64,000 nucleotides of DNA, taken from assembly GCF_006345805.1 (NCBI RefSeq), contig NC_043015.1, forward strand, positions 17,112,001 to 17,176,000, given 5' to 3'. The notes beneath the pieces are model-generated. The model saw nothing but the letters and a program-made list of their open reading frames with translations. It had not been told where the DNA came from and made no database searches. Below, one piece after another: positions 12,437-25,893 of this stretch. Both the position numbers and the translations under genes were made by a program. The stretch's first letter is position 1, and every line of letters starts with the position of its first letter. The DNA comes from Octopus sinensis (Eukaryota).

Positions 12437-13210
12437 TGATTGCATCGGCCCAGCAGAATTCATCCAACAACAGCAGAACAAGGTGAGGAAGGGAATCCAG
12501 ACTTTGATGAGAGAGATGGGTGTTGGAGTTGCAACCACAAAGCTGGCCTTGAATGAGGACCTTAGCCACCCATACAAGAGATGCAATGGACAAATTCTGA
12601 CAGCCAAGGCCACGGAAAACTGCTTGACAAAAGCAAAGTATCTCCCAAACAAGCTGAGGCACCCTGTTGAGTCAGGGATGATCTGGTTCTTCTTAGATGA
12701 AAAGAACTTCTGCCACGACTAGTTGCACAACACCCAGAACAACAGCTTGCATACAATCCATGTGGTGTCCCACATATCATGAAAACCAAGTTCCCCCAAA
12801 CTGTGATGGGTGTGTCTCCAGTGAGGATGACGTCATGCTGCTGCACATCTTTGAACAGAGCCTTAGGCTCAATTCAGATAATGTAAAGCTGCTGGAGACT
12901 GTGGTCAAACTCTGACTGAAGAGGATTGCACAGGAAGACCATATGTGCAGCAAGATTTAACTCTTTGCCATGCCTCCAAAAAGAGTCAGAAGTGGTTGTC
13001 AAAGAATTTCTACAACCTCACCAGACCCAATTTCTAGCTTCCTAATTCCCTCAATTGTAATTCCATGGATTACACTTACTATGTATTGGATACGGTTGAG
13101 AAAGACACCAACTATTCTGCCTGCAATACCAAGGCCAAGAACAAGGAAGTGTTTGGAAATGGAATGCATGTGCCCTGTTCCAGAGCCATCTTGAGGACAT
13201 GATGAAAGCT
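12437..13210 (+). mobile_element. maT-family (DD37D) Tc1/mariner transposase remnant
   Basis: WFFLDEKNF; second D at 12954 (QD) and third D at 13068 (MDY), exactly 37 codons apart; in-frame stops present. Confidence 0.8.
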
Positions 13211-13644
13211 AAGGGCAATTACTTTAAGTAAACTGTTATCTCCCAGCCTCATGGCTGGGAGATAACAGTTTTCTTTTCCTTTAATGCAAACTGTCATATT
13301 TATAGCCTGAACATCCTGTACCTCTAACTTTATTGCTTGTGCAACAATGTTGAGGACAATTTCATTTGCACCTTATTATTTGTGAAATATATATAAAACT
13401 CAAAGCTGATTACCCCATCAATAAAAATTGCATATTAATCTATAAAACACAAAAATTTTCTATTATTTCTTGCTTTCTACATTTTCATAGAAGTCGTCAT
13501 GTCTAGCCAATCAACAACATCTCAAGAGTATGAAGCAATTGACCAATTGCTGCATTATGTGATTGAAAACCAACATGCTGTCTGGAGAAAGCCAACACCA
13601 GTTGTAGGAAGAAAAAAGATGCACACACGTGATGGGCTTCTTAC

Positions 13645-13772
13645 AGTCCCATCTACCGAATCCACTCACAAAGCTTTAGTCAGCCTGGGGGTATAAAAGA
13701 AGGTGCCAAGCAACGGGACTGAATCCATGATCACAGGGTTAGAAAACAAACATCTCAATCCTACAGCCACAA
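13645..13772 (-). mobile_element. Degenerate tRNA/CORE-type SINE fragment
   Basis: Reverse complement resembles 59940-60080. Confidence 0.6.
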
Positions 13773-16380
13773 CTATAAATCTATTCCTTTGTGTTAAAAA
13801 TATTTATTGTAAAAGTTTGAAGAAAATAATAAGAATAATATACACCATGTTCAAAGATTAACTGGGGCTAGAACAGTTATATAAATTATGTTACAAAATA
13901 TTGTCTATATATTATAGTTGTTATTTAGCTTAAGCCAAACCTGATTGTGGAAACCTTTGATCAAAAGAGTTCCTATCATGATCATCTCATTTTCCTGTAT
14001 AACAGGGCCTTACATTCTAATATATCCTTAAGATTTTATTGGTATTTCTCCAAGATCTAGTAACTGTGTAGAAGTTCCCTTGATTGGTGGTTGTAATGGT
14101 AGTTCTGATGTTGGTTGTGGTAATAGTAATTCCACCAATGTTAGGTAGTGATGGCAATGTTGTTGTTAGTGCTGGTGGTGGTTGTGGGGATTAAATAGTC
14201 ATAGTGGTCATGTATCAGTGAAATGTGTCATGTACTCTGACTTAAACATGAACCTATTTGAAAAATTATGTTACTAACTCAAGGTTCATCACCTAAAATA
14301 TCCCACCCAAAAAATGTCACCCTTGCAAAGTGGTGATGGTGATGGATATTGTGATAGTAATGAGGTGAAACTAATGATGGTAATGTTGTTGTAACTTGCA
14401 GTTTTGTTAGGGGTTATGATGGCAATGACAGTGATGTATCAGTGTTATGACTGCAACTTGGAAAATTAATATCTGAAGGACTTTTACCCTAGCAAAGTCT
14501 GAGGCTGTGATTTTTCAGAAGTCATGCCTGATAAAGTGAAGTGAGACTTGCTTGAAGTAGAAGTTAGTGCCAGCAGTTTTACATCCTTTTGGAAGAACTG
14601 CAACATGAAATCAATGGCTTCTTCCATCCAATCAAACATCAGAATCTTGCAATATTTAGAGTAATGGAAAAAGAGACAGTCACCAAAGTCAAAGGAAAAT
14701 CAGTGATATTGGAGACTAACAGAAAAGTACATAAAAGATTGATTTTTCACTGAAAAACATTGACATTCAACATGACTTACTGTCTTAGCCACAAACATTT
14801 TCCACAGAACAAATTACTGTAGTTACGACTGTCACTCCATCAGTTACAACAATCACTGGAACAACCTGCTCAACAAGGCTGGCCCCCTTTGAAATACAGG
14901 TACAACTCATTTTTGCTGCCAGATGAGTTGACTGGAACAATGTGAGTGCTCAAGGACACAACATGCCACTGGGTATTAAACTCACCACCTTACAATGAGC
15001 CACATACCCTAAAAATTTGGCCACATGCTTTCACACCCTGGTTAAGGCCAACAAAGCATTACACATCTAGAGTCAACAGAGAGAAAAAGTTGGGGATATA
15101 ATAGCCTCAAGAAGTACCCATTTTTTAGCAAAGTTTCATTTAGAGAAAGTAAAATAGCTGACTGACAAAGAAATGAGATGCTAAACTACACTATCATTGT
15201 TTATACCACAACCACCATAGTGACAAACTCTTTTGATCATAAGCCTGCACAACTCAGGTTGACTTGGAATCAAAGAACAACAACACATGTAACATACAAT
15301 TTTCTGTAATAGAATTATTCAGTTAATTTTGGAACATGGTGTATATTTTTCTTTAAACTTTTGCAATAAAGATGAGTAACACAAAGGAATAAATTTGTTA
15401 TTCTGTTTATACAAACTATATTCACTGACAATTCTTCGGATGATTACACAATAACATATGACTCAACATCACAAAAATTAATTCCCAAATTTGTCAGTTT
15501 TGGTGATAATTTTACGTTGTTTGCAAAATCAACAAATCGCTATTATCAAAATTGTTTTTTTATTAAAGGAATGTTATGCAAGAGTTTGACAACCACATAA
15601 TACATCAATCATGACTGGTTGTGCTTTATTACAGTCATCATACTCCTATTGACAATGCTACTGACTGACTGGCTAATGAGTTCTGCAAAAATTAGTAGAA
15701 AACTTTGTTAAATTAATGAGCAACATTTTATTGATGGAGATGATCAATTTTGAAATGTATATATTTCACAACTAATCAAGCATGTATTGCCCTAGAGTTG
15801 TTGCATAGAAACCTGAAAATAGTATATAAATAATACATGCTCCACGGCCTAAAAAATTAATCTGTCACTACCTTCAAACTTTCCCTTGCTCTCTTTGTAG
15901 CTTATTACAATGCATCCAGTTTAGTATCTCTATTCAATCTCTATTCAAGCAGCGTTGCCCGCTTTTGGTTGCTATTAAAATTTCGCTAACTGAGCACAAA
16001 AAAGTATTCTGACATCGCATCGGATTGGAATGGAATTACAATTTTAAACATGGAATTAGAAACAGAAGCGAAGCTTTTTTTTCTTTTCTCTTTGTAGCAG
16101 CATAAACTTGTTTCGATTCAATTTTCCATTATATATATAAAAATTTTGTTTCAATCCGATTCGAAAATAGGAAAAAAAAAGAATTCGTAGTAAATAATAT
16201 TAGATAAATTTGATATTACGGTGTATATTCGGAGAAATGGGAATGTATAAAACAAAAGTAAACGTTACTTGCTTTTCGTTTCGGTATTTCATGTAACCCT
16301 TGACCATCATACATTTCCCATCTCGAAAGTACGCCGTAAGGCTTCTGATAAAAATAAGTCTGAAAATAATAATCATTTAC

Positions 16381-16537
16381 CCATTACTTGAACACGACAA
16401 ATAGCACATGTATCGCATTCAACATCCCAACTCCACATTGCGACTAAATTCCATTTCTTGAGGGTGAACATTCTTTCAGGTTTAGGTCCATCTTTATCTA
16501 CTTCACGACAGTTTTCCACATCCATATCTTCCGCCAT
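16381..16537 (-). CDS. RNF7: RING-box protein 2 (RBX2/SAG/ROC2), coding exon 1
   Basis: Translates to MAEDMDVENCREVDKDGPKPERMFTLKKWNLVAMWSWDVECDTCAICRVQVM plus G, then donor GTAAAT (phase 1). KKWN.VAMWSWDVECDTCAICRVQVM is the RBX2 signature, distinct from RBX1. Confidence 0.93.
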
Positions 16538-16636
16538 TTTGATGAGTTGTTACTTCCCCTGATTGGGTAATCTTGTGTTAAACGAGATTTAAAATTAGCA
16601 GAACTTTCGGGGTCAATCAAAATAAGAACCAATTGG
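16531..16636 (-). promoter_or_regulatory. Putative RNF7 proximal promoter motifs
   Basis: YY1-type AAAATGGCGG over the start codon (16531-16540), CCAAT on the minus strand (16562-16566) and palindromic CCAATTGG (16629-16636). Motif matches only. Confidence 0.45.
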
Positions 16637-18372
16637 GTACTGGAGTCGATGTAACCGACTTATCCAGTCCCCCAAAATTTAAAACCAATGTATAACTACA
16701 GATTTCTGCCCCCACGCAACACCGACTTTGGATGATCATAACTTTCAGAAAAATGAATATTTTTTAATGAAATTTTCTACTATCATGTAGATTCCGAATA
16801 TATAAAATTTTGGAGTCCATTTCAATTCGTCTTAACTTTAAAGAAAATGGATATTTTTAAATGAAATTCTCTACAAATATACCTTGGACTATATAGATTC
16901 CGAGGATATAAGAATTTTCGGGGAAAACAATTGGAGGTTATTTTTGAGAACCGTTCCCCACTCGCAGTGTTTCTGAACAAGTCGTCCATATTTGTTTCAT
17001 TTTGTGCGTTTGTGCATCCGTAGATTTCTACACTCACTCTCTCACACGCACACATGTAATTAAAAAAAAGTTCAAACGGAAAAAATTTTCCCCACAAATT
17101 TCCTTATAATCGTAATCTATACGAGCCCATATGTATCTATATACATATAGAAGAAGTAAGGACCCGAACCCTTCAAAGGGATGTTATCATCCAAGTTCCT
17201 GAGGAAAGGCCTAATTTGTGATTTCAAAAGGATTATATTTTCCTCAAAGGTACGAGGGAAAAACTCAGATCTTGTGAATTTTCCGAAGTCCTCCTCACCC
17301 CGTTGCTTTCCGCACATTTCTGTGAGTGTGAAGTAGAAAGAAAACGATTTTCCTCAAAGTTACGAGGGAAAAACATCGGATCATGTGAATTTTCCGAAGG
17401 CCTTGCTTTCCGGGCATTTTTGTTTTCGTATTCGTTTCCTACACCTTTTTTTGGCAAAGTTTCGGTTGTCGTAGCACAAGTTTTCCGTCGATTTCCGTAA
17501 AAAACTTTTATTTTTTTACATAAGTAATGAGAGCGAAAGAGACTAAGAGGAAGCGATTTTATGACGAGGAAGTTTCTCTTTGAAGTTACCGTCTAGGGGA
17601 AGCATTGATGTACATGTGTGTGTGTGTGTTTGATGGGTATGTTGTGTAAGTGAAGTGCGGATCTTTTCTATTCTGAAGCCAGGACCCCAGATCTTTCTAG
17701 TTAACTAAATAATTTGAAACTTCGTGTACTCATAGAGTGGAACTAGTTTATTCGCCAGTTGGAACTAGTTTATTTGAGAAAAATCTATTTTATGACTTTA
17801 ATCGTAGATTAAAACTGTGAATTTTAGCCAATCGTAATGTCTGTATTTATGTGAACTTATTATCTGCGTAGTCTTATCTGTGACGTGGAAAGCAATTGTT
17901 TACATTTTGACAAATTGCTTTATCGTAACGTACACAGTTTTTCAGTTCCCTAGAATTATATTTGAAACAAAATAAAAAGAAAAAGATTCATACGCATAAA
18001 TATCCATCCTTAGACATCAGAAAGATTAGAAATGCAACAAAAATTTAAAATACCGGATTTTTACCTTTTGAACTTCGTGGAGTATATATAAAATTTGCGT
18101 AGATCCTGAGTGCTTATATTTATTTTTATACACACACACATGTATACAAACATATGCATATATATATATATATATATATATACACCTATACACACATATT
18201 CTAATGCATATGCATATATGTGTATATATTTATAATGTGTGTGTATTATAGATGCATGAATTATATATATTTATAAAAGATGTTTACATACAATATATAT
18301 ATATGTTATATACATCTATATGTATGTATGAATATATAAGTACCACAGAATTTGAATCAAACTGTTTTGATC

Positions 18373-18404
<32 letters not shown>

Positions 18405-19856
18405 TACATACATACATACACACATACTAAAATTACATCGTTGGAGCAGTAATTTATTTATGTATTTTTTGTTATACAATTTATTTTTAAGCTGAATCCC
18501 TATCCTGCCATTAACCCCTTTCTTATAAAATAGTTGAAGAATCTGGAGTGTAGGAATTGGGACAGTATTGGAACTTTTAACTTCTTGCTCTCTATCTTAA
18601 GATCTCCAAAATTTAAGAATCTTATGTTAACTGGGCTCTTATTATTTACTCTGACTCTGCCACCACCTCAATGCAAAGACTATCAATATCAGAATCATCT
18701 TCACAACCACCACTACAACCATTACTACAACCTCCAATGCCACCACCACAACCCCAAGACCAGGGGTGGATCAATATAGTTGACATTATTTCCTCCTATA
18801 AAATTTTTGGCTATGTACCTTTGTTAAAAATTCTTATTTGTATTAATATAAAGTGCGAGCAAGAGAACATCTGTAGGCTTTCCTAAACTGTTAATGTGAA
18901 TGTAGATGATGTCTTTTTTCAACTTGTGTAAATTAATGTCTGATGAGAATGTGATTCCATGTAGAAGCTGCCATTCTGGAGATAAATGATTGGCTAAAAT
19001 ATTTAGTAAAAGGGTTCTAGCTGTGAGACATGTTAAAGATGATGATGTGGGCTCAGTTTGATATAGTTTACAGCTTACTAATTCACAGGAATAGTAGTGG
19101 GTGTTAGGATTTTTTTTCCCATGTTTTATTTGAACAATTTGGCTGGATAAAGGGGGCTGTATCCTTGCCTTTTGCATTCCTTCTGAGACAAGAGCTGTGC
19201 CTTCAAAACTGGTAAGATTGACGTAGTTGATCTTGAATAAAATGTGTGGATGGCTGCAGAGGAAATAACATGGACAAGGGAATTTCAGAAGGATGACAAT
19301 CTGGTATGAAAGAATTTAATGCTTAGTTTGCAGGTGAATTACATGCTACGTGATCTTCGAGCCTTTTGCCGCCAGATGCTGTAACATGGTTTGTATCCAA
19401 TATAGTAGTACCACCACTATTGCAATTATGGCCTGAAATATGTGGTACCAGTGTGATAAAATAAGATAATGCAGCAGCAATAACAACATAACTATCTCTT
19501 AAGAATGAACAAACCAACCCACACTCTCGAACTTCACTATGAAATAACACAAACTATATACACTCTCTCGGTTCAGTCCATTCCTCACAAGAGGGTACCT
19601 TGGCTCTCATCACAACACTGAGAGTGTAAGAGGTTGCTAACTTTGTTCTGCCGACAAATTTCCATTTATTTATTCTTAAGCTTCTCTTACTGCTGGAAAC
19701 CACCTCTGCCTGGTACTGGCATTTATGTGAACAATGTAGACAATTGACAAGTATCAAATGCCACAATACATAAATTCCTTATTTATTAAAATTATTTTCA
19801 GTTGTAGAAGTATCATAATTACTAAATGCTAATCGATTAGCATATTCAGGGCCATT

Positions 19857-20312
19857 TAGTCACCTACCAATCTGGTAGACACACTAGTCAAATTGACTAC
19901 ATCCTCACTAGGAAACAGGAAAGACGACTACTTGTAAATGCCCAAACTTTCCCAGGGGAAGAATGTACCCCACAATATAGATTAGTAGTTAGCGACTTCA
20001 GGATCAGGGCTAAATGGATGCCCAGAAGACGACCAGAATGGAGGAGAAGGGTCTGGAAGCTTAAGGATCCTGCAAAAAGAGATTGAGAGACATATTACTC
20101 AAAGCTGTGGAAGACAACTGGAGTTTTCTACAGGACAACCTTTTGGGGGCTAGTGACCAGATCTGTGGATGGTGCAAAGTCTACTCTCAACCCAAGGTAA
20201 CGTGGTGGTGGAACAATGTTGTTGACAGGGCTAGTAAGGAAAAGAAACAGGCTTTGAAGGACTGGAAGACCGTTGATAGCAGGGAATTGTATCAGACTGC
20301 TAAAAGGGAAGC
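19857..20312 (+). mobile_element. RTE LINE fragment (APE endonuclease C-terminus and linker)
   Basis: SQIDYILTRK...GEECTPQYRLVVSDF...VWKLKDP, and ORF 20083-20358 has VTWWWNNVVDRA. Confidence 0.85.
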
Positions 20313-22099
20313 TAGGATGATGATGGATGCCTTAATTTCTGGTGCTGCTCCAGCTTAACTTTCTTCATGGAATAATTTGTCATGATGGCATTATATTCAA
20401 GATACATAGGTTTTGAGTCTACAGATACAAAACCAAACATGATAAAATCTTCTTTGCATTTCTTCAGTTTTGCCTTTTTAGCAGTTGGTTCAGTTATTAT
20501 TACAACTGATCATAAAAAAAATTAAAATAATCAATATTTTATTTCTATAAATTTAAAGTATCAAATTTATTATTAAACAATATTAAAAATATCGAATTTA
20601 TTATGAAACTGTTGTGATTATAAAATTTAAATTATGTAGTTCTTGATTGTAATATATCATTGATTCTTATGGAATAATTATTGAATTTTGTTTTCTTATT
20701 ATTATTCTGTCTTCATATAAATTATTATTAACTAACAGTGTCTTTATTATCGAACAATATTGTGTAGATCTGAAATGGCTTCAATTTTTTATGGCTACGA
20801 ATTCTCTGGGGACCACTGGTAGGTTCCAGGGACCACATTGGGAATCACTGCTTTAAACAATACTGGATGAAATGAATATTGAAATTATTTACAAATTTTG
20901 TTATTACATGAAACGTTATAATTTACAAGTTCCAGTAGAATATGTGACAAAGATAATATTCCTAGCTGAACTTATCCCCTTTAATTTTCTTGTACCAGAA
21001 ACTTCCAACCCCAGCCAATATTAACGCCAGATAACTTACGCAGGACATTTTCATAATAAAGAAGAAAAAATTAAAAGGCTTTCATCTTTTTCTTTTAAAC
21101 AAAAGAATTTTTATAAAGATATATATAAAGGATAGCTTTATGGTTGAAAAATTTGCTTCACACCCATGGGTTTCTGGGTTCAATTATGCTGTATGGTATA
21201 TTGGGTAAGTGTCTTTTACTGTAGTCTTAGGTTGATCAATGTCATGTGAGTCAAATTGGGAGAATGATTCTATGAAGAAGCCCGCAATGTGTGTGTGTTC
21301 ATTTACATGTTTACTACTCTAGTATACTAGGCTATCAAAGGTTACTTTCAATGAACAGGCATCGTTAAAATGGGACCCTGCCCTATGTTTGGAATTATCT
21401 CTAATATTGATAGGGTCAATGAAAGACACCCAAAGACAGTGCCTGAGCATGGTCATAGCACACTGACTGAAATTAATAAAAGAAGAAACAATTCTAGGTT
21501 TCAAAACATTTTTTAATGATAAACATCCAAATGTAAAGACAATGTTAAATGACTTTTCCCGGTGTAAATGTATGCATACATGCATAAATGGAATTTCCTT
21601 CTAAGTAGAAGTTCACCCGAAACAAAAGTCATGGAAATTATTAGGATGAATATTCTTTGGGTGGGAGATCAGAATAAATAAAAGAATTCAAGTGAATGTG
21701 TCATGTAAAGTGGGATGGGTGGGTTGGTGAGGTGCACAGCTGCCTTCAGAGACAACAGTAAAAAATCTCTGGTTTCATAATGGTTGAATCATTCGCCCAA
21801 AACAATGAGATTTTTGTTTCTTTTTTAAGACATGTAATAGTAGACATGTAGTGGGGGAATACTTATATTGATAGGAATCATTAATTAACAAGAAAATAAT
21901 TATACATACATACACACACACATATATATATATATAAATATATATATACAAAATGAGAAAATGGAGAAATATATCCAAATCAATCATCAACCATCAGATA
22001 ATACCGAATCAATACTTTATTAAACCACTACACAATAGCAATGATATTATACATTAATATAGTGCAAATATAACAAGACATAGAAATACATTTACATTG

Positions 22100-22215
22100 T
22101 AGCTGACAGCTGTTTCGGCCGTGAAGACATGTATGTCCCATTTAACCTATTAGCCATAAAAAGCAGGTATAAATGAGACATTAACAAGAATATCTCACGG
22201 CCTCTTCAGAGAATT
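22100..22215 (-). ncRNA. Degenerate Penelope-type hammerhead ribozyme with long loop II
   Basis: CTGAAGA-GGCCGTGA-(70 nt)-TCACGGCC-GAAA-C-AGCT-G-TC. Stem II is 8 bp and the triplet is GUC, but stem I has only 2 bp. Confidence 0.55.
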
Positions 22216-23549
22216 TAATGCAAGTATGAAAAAAATTTACATATAAATATGTGTGCATACACACTCATATTCTTACATATATATATATACACAATAATAC
22301 AATATAAACAATATAGATCAATATACATCAACAAACACAATAATGTTCCATATTGAACTCCACAGTTCCATAACCAACATCAAGAAACCACAACATGTAC
22401 ACTCACACTCAAAGCAGGCATATATATTGAACAGTCCAATATATTAAAATGTGCCATTTCACAAAAAAGTCAATAAAATTAATATCACCACGACTGATAC
22501 ATATATATTTCAATCATATATATACATATATCATATGTATATATACATATAAATATCATCAAATGCATGTATGTATCTGAATATGTCTTGTTTGATTTAC
22601 ATGTTTTTCGAGTCAAGTATGTTTTAAATTAAAAAATTATTGAAGTATTCTTTCACAACCAGATGCCTTTCCTGTCATTAACACTTGACTGTGTTTTAAA
22701 TAAGGAATCTCTTAGTTACACATGTCTTGAAAGGCTTGAAGTAAGCAGACAATTTGTCAACCAGAGAAATGACAACAGCAAACCTTGTAGCTTGCAACTT
22801 TTATAGAGCACAAACATAAACAGATATACACACATATTATATAGATAGATTTCTTACAGGTTCCATCTATCAAATTCACTCACAAGGATTTGGTCAATCT
22901 TGGCTATCATAAGTGATACTTGGCGAAGTTTGCCATGCACTGGGACTGAGCTCAAAACCATATGATTAAGAAGGGAACTACGTGCCTGTGCCTTCTATCA
23001 GTCTTTCTGTACATATATATGCGTGCATACACATATATATATATATACACACACATATAGTATGTAGATAGGCTTGTAATCGAAGCCGTGTCCTCGTGAA
23101 GCACACCTGTATATTCCAGTATGCCAATATTGTATGTAGATGTTATAATTGTGTGAGGTATGTATAAGAGTAGAAAAATATTGGAAAATAATATTTGCAG
23201 AGTAATTACGCATCAAAACAGTAGAGTGGAAAATATTTTTAGTATTATTTATTCACCATTGCACATGTTTCATTTGCTAGTACGAGTTAGAATATTATAC
23301 ATGTAAGAGAAAATTATAAAATATCTCTTATTAAAAACTCCTCAGACAGCGAATCAATTATCAGATTGAATAAAAAATAAGCAACGTTTTGAACCATGAA
23401 GAATTTGTACCAGATTTTTGCAGGGTTTTGAATTTTTGTTAAACATTTTTTTGCAGTTGTCTGATAATACAGATATAAACTTACCCAAATGCATCAATAA
23501 ATTAACATTTATATTTTTTTTCCCCATTCATACAATCATCTGAAAGGGA

Positions 23550-24593
23550 ACTGTGAAAGTGCGATATTTGAGCAGTTTTGCAATTCAACTTCAAAAAAGG
23601 ATGTAAAGCAGCTAAAACTGTTCATGATATCAATGAAACATTTGGTGGGGAAATGACCAGTGAGAGGTCAGCTTGAAAATGGTTTAAATGATTTTGCAGA
23701 TTGTGAGCATTATGGACGCCCATCTGTCATCGATGACAGTCAAGTAGAGACTGTCATTGAGAAAGATCCATATAAAACCACTTGAGAACTGGCAAAAGAA
23801 CTTCAAGTTAGTCAGAAAACTGCCTGCAACCATTTTCCTGCAATCAGAAAATCAAAAAAGCTCGACAAATTTGAATGAAAATCAGAAAATGCTTATTGCT
23901 TCTTCTCCGCAACCAGACCAATCCATTTCTTGACCATATTGTAACTTGCAATGAAAAGTGGATTCTGTACAATAAAAAACGTTCTTTGCAGTGGTTGGAG
24001 CAAAATGAAGCACCAAAATCCTTCCCTAAACCCAAGCTCTTCAAAAAGAAGGTTATGGTGACTGCTTGGTGGTGTACTTTTGGAATCATCCATTATAACT
24101 TTTTAAAATCTGGAAAAAACATTACTGCAGAAACATATTGTCATGAAATTGCCAAAATGAAAGAAAACCGCTAGTCCTCTGTCCCAGACTGGTCAACAGA
24201 AGAGGGCCAATCATTCTTCATAACAATGCTCGACCATAAATTTCACTAATGATGCTCCAAAAGTTGAAGGAACTTGGCTATGAATTTCTTCCCCACCCAG
24301 CTTATTCCCCAGACCTTTCTCCTACCGACTACCACTTTTTCAAGCACCTTGATGGTTTCCTGAAAGAGAAGGAGTTCAAAAATCAAACTGATGCTGAAAC
24401 TGTGTTCAAGGAGTTCATCAGCTCCAGAACTCCAGATTTTTATGTTACCAGAATAAACAAACTTGTAACTCATTGGCACAAATGTGTTGATTGTAATGGT
24501 ACTTACTTTGATGAATAAAATTTCCACATTGCTGAAATATATTGTGATGAATTTCATGTTTCAAAACGTTGCTTACTTTTTACTCAGCATGAT
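23550..24593 (+). mobile_element. mariner (DD34D) transposon remnant
   Basis: TCNEKWILY, KVMVTAW, H(N)NARP and YSPDLSPTDY with 34-codon spacing. First and second catalytic D are mutated to N. A degenerate right TIR lies near 24571-24593; no left TIR found. Confidence 0.88.
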
Positions 24594-24984
24594 AATACTC
24601 TCTAATTTTCTGTCAGAAGACTTTCTAACAGAAGATATCTTACATGTTTCTCTGTTAAATACAATTTTGTAACCCCTATTAGTAAATGAAACATGTGTAA
24701 TGGTGAATAAATAATACCAAAAATTTTTTCTTATCTCCTGTTTTGATATATGTATATGTTATATTATATACAAGATATACTATATTATCATTAATTGATG
24801 GATGCAAAGAAATAAGAAACTTGAAGTAGTCAACTCCAAAATATAGTTGGGGTAGGTAGAATGGGGAAGTAAATGTCAATAAGAACTAACTCAGTCTTGC
24901 CAAACAGATGCCAGGACCAAAAAGTGATGATGATGATGATCAGGATATATATATATATATATATATGATAATATGGCGTAAAAG

Positions 24985-25295
24985 AAAGAAAATGGTAAAT
25001 CTAGTTGAGTTGCTCATGAAGATAACATGGATGCCGCTCAAGCTCAAAAGATTGGCTGTTATGAAAACCTCCTAGAGGAATGTGAAGACACAGGCTGGAA
25101 AGCAGAGCATTTTTCAATCAAAGTTGGATGTAGAGGGTTTGTTGGACACAGTGTGAAGTGACTATTGCCATCATTGACTTAATTCATCGCAAAGCAAATA
25201 CCACTAGGAGTAATATCCAAACTACACTGGAAAAGGCAAACCACTGGATTTGGTTAGAAAGCAACGATGAGCAATGGCTAGAAGAATATTGAGTG
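24985..25295 (+). mobile_element. HERO/NeSL-like non-LTR element, RLE endonuclease C-terminus
   Basis: KMVNLVEL / AHEDNMDAAQAQK..YENLLEECEDTGWKAEHFSIKVGCRGFVGHS ... EKANHWIW. Confidence 0.7.
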
Positions 25296-25494
25296 AAACC
25301 TGATGACCAGTTGATCTAGCAAGCAGGGTCTCATTTCAGTGAGGGGTGCCCAATGATGCTGTCAAGAGATAGGTCCCGAAATGGCAGGTATTCTCTCCTA
25401 ATGGCCCCATAAACTTGCTAGCATCTGGTATGCAGGGCTTTCAACAGGTAACACTTGCATCTGCATGTTGTTTGCAAAAAAATATTTAAAAATA

Positions 25495-25893
25495 TATATT
25501 CGACCCTGTGCTTGAGGAAACCTATTGAGTCAAGTACATCAACATCAAAAATCAATGGAAATTGTAGTTGTGATCCCTGTGCCGGTGGCATGTCAAAAGC
25601 ACCGTCCGGATGTGGCCAATGCCAGCGCCGCCTTCACTGGCTTCCATGCTGGTGGCATGTAAAAACCACCAATCCAATCGTGGCCATTGCCAGCCTCGCC
25701 TGGCACCTGTGCCACTGGCACGTAAAAAGTACCCACTACACTCACGGAGTGGTTGGCATTATGAAGGGCATCCAGCTGTAGAAACACTGCCAGATGAGAC
25801 TGGAGCCTGGTGCAGCCTTCTGGCTTCCCAGATCCCGGTTGAACCGTCCAACCCATGCTAGCATGGAAAACGGACGTTAAACGATGATGATGA
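25495..25893 (+). mobile_element. RTE 3' UTR copy with (GAT)n tail
   Basis: Ends CATGCTAGCATGGAAAACGGACGTTAAACGATGATGATGAT; homologous to 28404-28745. Confidence 0.8.

Noticed and set aside
13491-13696. Plus-strand acceptor-like site and 65-aa ORF (MSSQSTTSQEYEAIDQ...)
   Set aside because: No recognisable homology, a weak donor, the ORF runs into a SINE, and it is antisense within the presumed RNF7 intron.
16265-16346. Possible RNF7 poison exon just after exon 1 (AG...GTAACG with an in-frame stop)
   Set aside because: The candidate acceptors lie only ~20-35 nt from the exon 1 donor, too short for a normal intron.
23268-23352. Hammerhead-like CTGAGGA...GAAACATGTGCA on the minus strand
   Set aside because: The triplet is GCA rather than NUH and stem II does not pair; at most a dead Penelope pLTR relic.
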